This document shows positions 56,426 to 64,000 of a DNA stretch of 64,000 bases, piece after piece. The position numbers were made by a program, and so were the translations under genes. Each line of letters begins with the position of its first letter. Position 1 is the first letter of the stretch. The stretch spans positions 52,495 to 116,494 of the forward strand of contig CACEJV010000001.1 of the NCBI GenBank assembly GCA_902559905.1. Direction: 5' to 3'. The notes below the pieces were generated by a model. The model searched no databases, was not told the DNA's origin, and worked only from the letters and a program-made list of their open reading frames with translations. Origin of the DNA: an uncultured Bacteroidota bacterium (GTDB taxonomy: Bacteria > Bacteroidota > Bacteroidia > Flavobacteriales > Flavobacteriaceae).

Positions 56426-59400
56426 ATGAGCTTTGATAAATCTAAAATATCATTAAATGAAGCCACAAAAATTTTAAAATCTATATATAATTTAGATGGA
56501 GAAATCTCAATTCTTGATGGAGAGATTGACTTTAACTTCAAAGTAATATCAAATAATTCTAAAAAATATTTATTGAAAATATCTAGATCAAGTTTTGATC
56601 AAGAGTACATTGACTATCAAATCCTATTGTTAGATCATCTAAACAAAAACTCTAAAATCAAACTGCCTAAAATAGTTTTCTCAAGTAATAATAAAAAATC
56701 ATCTATTATTCAAGATAGTCATGGATTTAATAGGTCTGTAAGATTAATGAGCTGGATAGATGGTAGGTTATGGAGCTCAGTTAATCCAATAACAAAATCA
56801 TTAAGATATAACTTAGGATATTCATGTTCTGAATTATCAAAATCTCTGCAAGGTTTTAAACATTCTTATGCTGACAGAGAAATTGAGTGGGATATTGCAA
56901 AATCACTATGGGTAGAAAGTCATATAGATAAATTTGATGCTAGGAAACATAAGATCTTAAAAAAATTTATAAAAAATTTCAAAGAGAATCTTCATCTCTA
57001 CCATAAGCTTGAAAAATCGATTATTCACAACGATATTAATGATAATAATATTATTGTTACTAATGATTTTTTAAATCCAACGGTTAAATCGGTAATCGAT
57101 TTTGGTGACTCGGTATTTTCTCAAACTATTAATGATCTTGCAATCACTTGTTCATATGGTATAATGAATCTGAATGACCCTCTCTCTGGATGTATAGATA
57201 TATTAAAAGGATATAATAAAAATAGAAAGGTTAAAGACAATGAACTAAAGCTATTATATAATTTGATTGCTATGAGGCTGGTCATTTCTGTAACAAAATC
57301 ATCTATTAATAGATATAAAGAACCCGATAACAAATATCTTTTAATTAGTGAAAAATCTGCATGGAATCTTCTTTATAAATGGAGTGAAATTGATTCAGAG
57401 TTTGCATATTATTCATTTAGAAAAGCATGCTCATTAGATGCTCATCCTGATAAAAAGAAATTTCATAAGTGGGCTAAAAATAATAGCTTCTCAATTAAAG
57501 ATTTATTACCAGAAATAAATAAAACAAAATTTTATAATCTAGATTTAAGTATAGGTAGTAAATGGTTAGGTAGTAGAAATGAAATTGAGGATTTAGATTT
57601 TTTTCAATTTAAAGTTGAAAAACTACAAAAAAGTATACCGGATCATATTATTTCTGGTGGATATCTTGAACCAAGATCAATCTATTCTTCAAATTCATAT
57701 GAGAAAACTGGAAATGAGGGTGAGGAAAACAGAACTGTTCACTTAGGTTTAGACTTTTGGGTACCTGCAGGGACAAAAGTGAGTAGCATTTTTGATGGCG
57801 AAATATTAGCTGCGTTGAATGATGAAGGGAATAAAGAATATGGAGGACTAGTAATCATAAAACATAATGTTGAGGACTTTGAATTTTTTACACTATATGG
57901 GCATAACACAGTTGATAGCGTATTAAAAAATAAGATAGGCTCAAGAGTTAAGAGGGGAGAAATAATTGCTGAGGTAGCAAATTACCCTGAGAATGGAAAT
58001 TGGGCACCTCATCTTCATTTCCAAATTATGCTCTCTATGTTAAATTTTAAAGTTGATTATCCAGGTGTATGTTATTCAACACAAGAAGATGTTTGGAAAG
58101 ATATATGTCCAGATCCTAACACCATATTTAAGAATAAAGGATTGATCTCATTAAAGAATAAGACTAATAGTGAAATAATAGATTATAGAAAAAAACATAT
58201 TGGAAAGAGTCTTAAACTTCATTACGATATACCAATTAAGATAGTTCGTGGAGAAGGAGTTTATTTAATTGATCATAAAGGCAAGAAATATTTAGATACC
58301 GTAAATAATGTCGCTCATGTTGGACATGAAAATGAAGAAGTAGTAAGTGTAGGAAAAAGTCAAATGTCAGTTCTTAATACTAACTCAAGATACTTACATG
58401 AAAATATTAACCACCTTACAAAAGAAATACTTAACACCTTACCTGATGAGTTAAATGTTGTTCATTATGTTAACTCAGGGAGTGAAGCTAACGAACTTGC
58501 AATAAGGATGATGAAAGCTCATACAGGCAATGTCGATATAATAGTATCTCAGCATGGTTATCATGGAAACACTAATACATGTGTTGATATTTCATCATAT
58601 AAATTTGATGGAAAAGGTGGTAGTGGAGCACCTAAAAATACTCATGTGATTCCTATTCCAAACAATTTTAAGGGAAAATACAAAGGAGATAAAAAAGACG
58701 ATAAATATGTTGATGAGGTTAAAAAACAAATAAAAAAAATTAAACAGAAGAATAAAGGGCTTGGTGGATTTATTATTGAACCAATTATAAGTTGTGGAGG
58801 TCAAGTTGAATTACCGAATGGATTTTTAAAAAAAGCATACAAAGAAGTTAGGAAAAATGGAGGTGTCTGTATATCAGATGAAGTTCAGGTAGGATGTGGA
58901 AGAATGGGTAAAACATTCTGGGGTTTTCAAATGCACAACGTTATCCCTGATATTATTACAATAGGAAAACCCATTGGAAATGGCCACCCAGTTGGAGTTG
59001 TTGTCTGCACTAAAGAAATTGCAGAGAGTTTTGCAAATGGAATGGAATTTTTTAACACATTTGGGGGGAATCCAGTTTCATGTTCAATCGCCCTAGAAGT
59101 TCTCAAAACTGTTAAGAAAAATAATCTTCAAAAAAATGCTAAAGTTGTTGGGAATTATTTTAAAAAAGAACTAAAAAAACTGGTAAAAGAAAACAGAATT
59201 ATTGCAGATGTAAGAGGTCAAGGACTCTTCTTAGGTATTGAATTTCTTGATGATAATGATAGACCATTAAATGAGAAAGCTCACTATATTATAAACAGGT
59301 TAAGGGATTTTGGAATCCTTTCTAGTATTGACGGGCCGTTTAATAATGTAATTAAGATTAAACCTCCTTTGACATTTAGTAAATCTAATTGTGATTTATT

Positions 59401-59452
59401 TATAAAATATTTTAAAGAAATCTTGAAGGAAGACTTTATTGCAAAATATTAA
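56426..59452 (+). CDS. Fusion of APH-like phosphotransferase, M23 peptidase-like domain and class III PLP aminotransferase/phospho-lyase
   Basis: IHNDIND.N and IDFGD; HLGLD, LYGH, PHLHFQ; NSGSEAN, YHG, DEVQVG, TIGKPIG, NTFGGNP. Confidence 0.88.
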   Translation: MSFDKSKISLNEATKILKSIYNLDGEISILDGEIDFNFKVISNNSKKYLLKISRSSFDQEYIDYQILLLDHLNKNSKIKLPKIVFSSNNKKSSIIQDSHGFNRSVRLMSWIDGRLWSSVNPITKSLRYNLGYSCSELSKSLQGFKHSYADREIEWDIAKSLWVESHIDKFDARKHKILKKFIKNFKENLHLYHKLEKSIIHNDINDNNIIVTNDFLNPTVKSVIDFGDSVFSQTINDLAITCSYGIMNLNDPLSGCIDILKGYNKNRKVKDNELKLLYNLIAMRLVISVTKSSINRYKEPDNKYLLISEKSAWNLLYKWSEIDSEFAYYSFRKACSLDAHPDKKKFHKWAKNNSFSIKDLLPEINKTKFYNLDLSIGSKWLGSRNEIEDLDFFQFKVEKLQKSIPDHIISGGYLEPRSIYSSNSYEKTGNEGEENRTVHLGLDFWVPAGTKVSSIFDGEILAALNDEGNKEYGGLVIIKHNVEDFEFFTLYGHNTVDSVLKNKIGSRVKRGEIIAEVANYPENGNWAPHLHFQIMLSMLNFKVDYPGVCYSTQEDVWKDICPDPNTIFKNKGLISLKNKTNSEIIDYRKKHIGKSLKLHYDIPIKIVRGEGVYLIDHKGKKYLDTVNNVAHVGHENEEVVSVGKSQMSVLNTNSRYLHENINHLTKEILNTLPDELNVVHYVNSGSEANELAIRMMKAHTGNVDIIVSQHGYHGNTNTCVDISSYKFDGKGGSGAPKNTHVIPIPNNFKGKYKGDKKDDKYVDEVKKQIKKIKQKNKGLGGFIIEPIISCGGQVELPNGFLKKAYKEVRKNGGVCISDEVQVGCGRMGKTFWGFQMHNVIPDIITIGKPIGNGHPVGVVVCTKEIAESFANGMEFFNTFGGNPVSCSIALEVLKTVKKNNLQKNAKVVGNYFKKELKKLVKENRIIADVRGQGLFLGIEFLDDNDRPLNEKAHYIINRLRDFGILSSIDGPFNNVIKIKPPLTFSKSNCDLFIKYFKEILKEDFIAKY

Positions 59453-59542
59453 TTAACGAGACCAGGAAGAAATAGTTGTTAAGAATATCCTAAACCAGAT
59501 TCGATTGGGTTTTTATGACCTATGAATATTTATATTTATTAA

Positions 59543-60112
59543 ATGATTAATACGATGTCAAAATTTAATTTTTTAATTGCATTTATATTTTTAAACTCAT
59601 CAATGGTTTTTTCACAGAAATATGAAACACAGGAGTATCAAGTAGTAGAACAAATTGATAATGCTGAAATAAGATTTTATCCTAGTGCTGCTATGGTCAA
59701 GATATCTGCTGATCAGAATAGAAATAACAATTTTGGTAAACTCTTTAGATATATTGCTGGTAACAATCAAGAGAATGAAGAGATTGCTATGACTACTCCT
59801 GTATATATGTCTGATCAAAATAAAACTATGGAGTTTGTTCTTCCAAAAAAATATTTAACAGAAGACCTTCCTATTCCAAATGATACAGACCTTGAAGCCT
59901 ATATTTCTAATCCAAGATATTTTGCAGCAATTAGATATTCAGGATACTCAAATCCTAATAAAATTCTGAAACATAGAAATGAACTCAAATCTATTCTTGA
60001 AAATAATGGACTTGAGATAATTAGTGACTTCTATGTACTTTCATACGATGCTCCAACGAAGTTCTACAACAGAAGAAACGAAATATTATTTGAAATTAGT
60101 TATAAAGATTAA
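59543..60112 (+). CDS. SOUL family heme-binding protein
   Basis: EIRFY, FGKLFRYIAG.N, IAMTTPV, MEFVLP, RRNEI. Confidence 0.88.
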   Translation: MINTMSKFNFLIAFIFLNSSMVFSQKYETQEYQVVEQIDNAEIRFYPSAAMVKISADQNRNNNFGKLFRYIAGNNQENEEIAMTTPVYMSDQNKTMEFVLPKKYLTEDLPIPNDTDLEAYISNPRYFAAIRYSGYSNPNKILKHRNELKSILENNGLEIISDFYVLSYDAPTKFYNRRNEILFEISYKD

Positions 60113-60279
60113 ATCTTAATTTTTATAAGATTCCAAAAAAAGAACTGCTCAAATTTAATTTTTCTAAAAATTTCTTATTGTAAAATATTATTTTAATAAA
60201 AATGGAATCTTTTCAAAAAAAATAAGTTTTTATAATAGTGGTATAATATAGATTTGATTTTTTAATCAAAAATATAATT

Positions 60280-60951
60280 ATGAAATTATTTAAATTAAAC
60301 TTTTCTAATACAATAAGAACTGGAATTTTAACTACGATTGCAATATTATCTAGCAATATTTCATTTTCTCAAGATTTTGGAGCAGATGTAGTAAGTTCTT
60401 ACGTTTGGAGAGGTACTCAGTTTGGATCAGGAGCTCACATTCAACCATATATGACTCTTGGTTCTGGAAATTTAGAAGCTGGTGTTTGGGGAAGTTTCCC
60501 TACTACAGCTAACGGTGGTGGTAATGAATTAGATGCTTACTTAAGCTATGATTTTGGACCATTTGCACTTACAGTTACTAACTATACTTTCCCAGTTGAA
60601 GGTGGACTATATGACAGCGATGGTTATGGTTTTTTTGAAGGAGACTATACAGAAATTAGTGGATCAACATCTATTGGTGGTGTAGATTTACTCGCAGGAT
60701 ACTTTACTGATTTAGAAGCTTTATATGTGGAGCTAGCTTTTGGAGCTGGTCCAGTTGATATTGCAATTGGTTATGGTGATGATCAAGGAGATGCATGGTA
60801 TGCTAATGGAGGAAGTGGAATTGTAAATATGTCTTTTAGTGGATCTAAAGAAATACAAATTTCTGACTCATTTGCACTTCCTGTGTTTGGATCATTCATC
60901 CTGAATCCTGATGCTGAAGCAGCATTTTTAGTATTTGGAGTTAGTTTTTAA
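60280..60951 (+). CDS. Putative outer-membrane porin (TorF/TIGR02001-like)
   Basis: Signal peptide, DVVSSYVWRG, QP, GVWGS, ELDAY, C-terminal Phe; TAGATTTG promoter at 60249. Confidence 0.7.
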   Translation: MKLFKLNFSNTIRTGILTTIAILSSNISFSQDFGADVVSSYVWRGTQFGSGAHIQPYMTLGSGNLEAGVWGSFPTTANGGGNELDAYLSYDFGPFALTVTNYTFPVEGGLYDSDGYGFFEGDYTEISGSTSIGGVDLLAGYFTDLEALYVELAFGAGPVDIAIGYGDDQGDAWYANGGSGIVNMSFSGSKEIQISDSFALPVFGSFILNPDAEAAFLVFGVSF

Positions 60952-60963
60952 ACTCAAACCGTT

Positions 60964-61302
60964 ATGAAAAAAATAGAAGCAATTATTAGAAAGTCAAAAT
61001 TTGACGAGGTAGTTAAAGCTTTGCATGATGCAGAGGTTTATTTTTTCAGCTATTGGGATGTAACCGGAGTTGGAAATGAGAAGATAGGAAAAGTATACAG
61101 AGGTATTACTTATAGCACTAAAGATATCCAAAGAAGATATTTATCAATTGTTGTGTCCGATACATTCGTTGATGCTACAGTTGATGCTATAATCAAATCG
61201 GGAGCTACAGGTAATGTTGGTGATGGTAAGATCTTCATACTTCCATGTGAAGAATCTTACAGAATAAGAACGGGTGAAAAAGGAAATAAATCATTTAATT
61301 AA
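60964..61302 (+). CDS. glnK: P-II nitrogen regulator
   Basis: MKKIEAIIR, YRG T-loop, TGNVGDGKIF, RIRTGE; adjacent to amtB. Confidence 0.9.
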   Translation: MKKIEAIIRKSKFDEVVKALHDAEVYFFSYWDVTGVGNEKIGKVYRGITYSTKDIQRRYLSIVVSDTFVDATVDAIIKSGATGNVGDGKIFILPCEESYRIRTGEKGNKSFN

Positions 61303-61307
61303 AAATT

Positions 61308-62549
61308 ATGGAACTATTAACAACAAATAATGTTTGGATGATGCTGTGTGCAGCATTAGTATTTTTTATGCATCTTGGGTTCTCTTTTTTAGAAATTGGA
61401 CTTACAAGACAAAAAAACACAATAAATATTTTATTCAAAAACTTCTTTATAATAACTATGGGGCTGATATCTTATTGTTTTATTGGCTTTAATTTAATGT
61501 ACCCAGGAGATTTTAATATTTTAGGAGCATTTGGTGGTGTACTTGGATTTGCTGGGGCTGGTTTAGATGCAGCTGCAGCTGCAGATCTTTCATATAGTGA
61601 AGGTTATACTTATTGGACTGACTTCTTATTTCAAGGAATGTTTGCAGCAACAGCCGGAACAATAATTTCCGGAGCAGTTGCGGAGAGAATAAAAATTAAT
61701 TCGTTTATGCTAATTGTATTATTATATGTCACCATTGTTTATCCAATTGTAGGATCATGGCAGTGGGGATCTGGCTTTCTTTCTACTTTTACAGATGAAG
61801 TAGGATTTTATGATTTTGCTGGATCAACATTGGTTCATTCTGTAGGTGGATGGGGAGCATTAGTCATTATATATCTTTTAGGAGCGAGAAAAGGAAAATT
61901 TGATAGTAATGGAAAAGCATTAGCTATTCCAGGTTCTAATATACCATTATCAGCAGCTGGAGTTCTTATACTTTGGTTGGGATGGTTTGGATTTAACGGA
62001 GGATCGGTATTATCTGCTGATCCAGCAAATACCTCTCTTGTTCTTGTAACAACATGCCTTGCGGCAGCAGCTGGAGGACTTGGTGCAGCATTATTTTCTG
62101 GATTTTTATATAAAAATCTTGATTTGACAATGTTTATGAACGGTGTACTTGGAGGTTTAGTTGGAATAACAGCTGGTGCAGACCAGATGGGACCAACTGA
62201 AGCAATAATAATTGGAGCAATTGGAGGTATAATTGTAGTTTTAGGTGTTGCATTATTAGATAAATGTAAGCTTGATGACCCAGTAGGTGCAATACCTGTC
62301 CACTTATTCGCTGGAATCTGGGGAACTTTAGCTGTAGGTATATTTGGAGCATCTGCTAGTTTCGATCAATTTATGGTTCAACTTGCAAGTGTTGGAATTG
62401 TAGGAGCTTTTTGTGTAATCTGTACTGCTATAATTGCTCTTGCAGTAAAATCAATAATGGGACTAAGAGTTTCAGATGAGGAGGAGACACAAGGTTTAGA
62501 TATATCAGAACATGGTTCTGGTGCCTATGCAGATTTTTCAATGAGATAA
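61308..62549 (+). CDS. amtB: Ammonium transporter
   Basis: FQGMFAAT, SGAVAER, DFAGSTLVH, LWLGWFGFNGGS, DDPVGAIPVH. Confidence 0.96.
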   Translation: MELLTTNNVWMMLCAALVFFMHLGFSFLEIGLTRQKNTINILFKNFFIITMGLISYCFIGFNLMYPGDFNILGAFGGVLGFAGAGLDAAAAADLSYSEGYTYWTDFLFQGMFAATAGTIISGAVAERIKINSFMLIVLLYVTIVYPIVGSWQWGSGFLSTFTDEVGFYDFAGSTLVHSVGGWGALVIIYLLGARKGKFDSNGKALAIPGSNIPLSAAGVLILWLGWFGFNGGSVLSADPANTSLVLVTTCLAAAAGGLGAALFSGFLYKNLDLTMFMNGVLGGLVGITAGADQMGPTEAIIIGAIGGIIVVLGVALLDKCKLDDPVGAIPVHLFAGIWGTLAVGIFGASASFDQFMVQLASVGIVGAFCVICTAIIALAVKSIMGLRVSDEEETQGLDISEHGSGAYADFSMR

Positions 62550-62571
62550 TACTTCTATTATTTTCATTTCT

Positions 62572-62599
62572 AAAAGGAGATCATTTGATCTCCTTTTTT
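62572..62599 (+). terminator. Intrinsic terminator after amtB
   Basis: AAAAGGAGATCA-tt-TGATCTCCTTTTTT. Confidence 0.85.
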
Positions 62600-62649
62600 G
62601 ATTTATATAAATATTAAATAAACCATTTATAATATATTAGATTATAATT

Positions 62650-64000
62650 ATGAAGAAAGTAGTTATTATTGGTAGTGGAATTAATGGACTAGTTGCTGCA
62701 AATTATCTTGCAAAAAATGGATACCAAGTTGAGATTATTGAAAAAAAGACATTTACTGGAGGTGCATGTATAAAAGATACTGTCTCAATAGATAATAAAA
62801 AAGTTGATTTTGCATACGGAGCAACTGTTTTAGGTATGATGCCTGATTTTATATTTAATGAAACTGGTCTTAGCAAAAAAATTCATGCTTACTGCCCAAA
62901 AAATCCAAAGCTTGTATATTTTAACGGTGAGGAAACTTCTACAAAAATATATCAAGATAATGACAGACTTGAAAAAGAACTTAAACATAAATGGGGAGAG
63001 ACCGGAAAGGTTAATGAATTTAGAAATGATGAAAATAAAGTAGTTGAGTTTATTCAAAAATTATATAAAAACGCAACAAGCCCCTCAATCGAGTTAGCAA
63101 ATCAATTTTTAGGAAAAGAGCTTACTAGTCTTTGGATTAGTGGTACAGCTAAAGATCTTTTAGATCATTACTTTTCTTCTGAAAAAGCAAAACTTTATAT
63201 GGGCATGACAGTAATTGAAAGTGGACCTGCTTCAATTTATGACCCAGGAACAGCATTTACAATTCCTTTGATGGATTCAGGATCAATATTTGATGGATAC
63301 TGGGGGTTTGTAAAGACAGGAATATGGAAGATTACTGAGAACTTAACTGAAATAAATAAAGAACTTGGGGTTAAATTTTATTTAGAATCAAACATAAAAG
63401 AAGTTGATAGCACTAAGCAATCTATTTTATTTTCTAAAAACAATAAAGACACTAAATTAAATTACGATCATCTAATTTTTGCCACGGATCCTATAACTCC
63501 TTCAAAACTTATTAAAGACTTTGAAAATCAGAATAGTTTGGATTTAATCGGAACTAGCGGAAAAGTAACAGCTTTTTTTAAAAATCCTGTAAGATGGAAA
63601 GATGCAAATAATTATTCTGATTCTTTTAGATTTATTTTTTCAGTTAACTCACTTGAAGATTTTGAAAATGCGAGTCAAAAAGCTTTAAAAAATAATGGTG
63701 ATTACTTTCCTGGATTTATTCAAATTTATCCTGAGGGAAGTGCTCAAAGAAATATGGATAATCATGAAGATTATGATAAATTAATTTTCTTTACTAAAAA
63801 TCTTAGTTTTGATAAAAAAGCAGATAATGTATCTGATATAAAAGATAGAATTATTTCAAAAGTAATTCCTCACATTGAAAATCCTGAAGATATTGTTTTT
63901 TCAAAATTTTTGACTCCTATGGACTTGAATGAAACTTTTCTTTTTCCAAAAGGAAATATTGATCACATAACATTAACTGGAAATCAGAATTATGAAAAAA
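62650..64000 (+). CDS. FAD-dependent oxidoreductase, phytoene desaturase-like (runs off the window end)
   Basis: Not in ORF track. Hand translation MKKVVIIGSGINGLVAANYLAKNG..EK..GGAC; near the end LTPMDL..FPKGNIDH. Confidence 0.8.
   Translation, partial: MKKVVIIGSGINGLVAANYLAKNGYQVEIIEKKTFTGGACIKDTVSIDNKKVDFAYGATVLGMMPDFIFNETGLSKKIHAYCPKNPKLVYFNGEETSTKIYQDNDRLEKELKHKWGETGKVNEFRNDENKVVEFIQKLYKNATSPSIELANQFLGKELTSLWISGTAKDLLDHYFSSEKAKLYMGMTVIESGPASIYDPGTAFTIPLMDSGSIFDGYWGFVKTGIWKITENLTEINKELGVKFYLESNIKEVDSTKQSILFSKNNKDTKLNYDHLIFATDPITPSKLIKDFENQNSLDLIGTSGKVTAFFKNPVRWKDANNYSDSFRFIFSVNSLEDFENASQKALKNNGDYFPGFIQIYPEGSAQRNMDNHEDYDKLIFFTKNLSFDKKADNVSDIKDRIISKVIPHIENPEDIVFSKFLTPMDLNETFLFPKGNIDHITLTGNQNYEK

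Noticed and set aside
59490..59514. Weak hairpin after the triple-fusion gene
   Set aside because: Stem has internal mismatches; not supportable as a terminator
37090..63057. Short ORF-track entries 37090, 37391, 41936, 47638, 47887, 48931, 54034, 55024, 55600, 57121, 58595, 59612, 62134, 62830, 62858
   Set aside because: Shadow ORFs overlapping better-supported genes, including the partial oxidoreductase at 62650
62650..64000. Calling the last gene crtI
   Set aside because: Only fold-level similarity; the gene is truncated and no carotenoid genes are adjacent

Overview
AT-rich, very densely packed 64 kb of a marine Flavobacteriaceae-like (Bacteroidota) chromosome. Supporting signs are TAnnTTTG -7 promoters, an alpha2-type GlyRS, Bacteroidota sdhCAB and many abutting or overlapping genes. 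Housekeeping genes: nrdB/nrdA, dCMP deaminase, BrxA/B, xth, glyQS, sdhCAB, pepP, SCO, rseP, tRNA-Asn, TrmH methylase, cold-shock protein, porin-glnK-amtB. The window is rich in trace-metal modules. (1) An iron block at 4.7-15.1 kb has a Fe(III) ABC transporter, a FecA-like receptor, an HmuR/HmuY pair, AraC, five Fur-like palindromes and an unannotated 40-aa Cys-rich peptide. (2) The best candidate novel system, at 32.4-35.2 kb, runs: RGPP-ending leader ORF, hairpin, unannotated 43-aa His/Asp mini-lipoprotein, terminator, then a TonB receptor with two repeat-encoded inserts carrying 28 His. (3) A Met-rich small outer-membrane protein lies at 41.7-42.3 kb. Also notable are an unclassified GC-rich three-hairpin RNA upstream of an unannotated 40-aa ORF (38.75-39.0 kb), an APC permease with an AKR-RidA fusion, a kinase-M23-PLP triple fusion, and a DUF1080/Gfo oxidoreductase cluster. 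No integrase, transposase, prophage or CRISPR was seen. All product calls come from motif recognition by eye; no database search was run.
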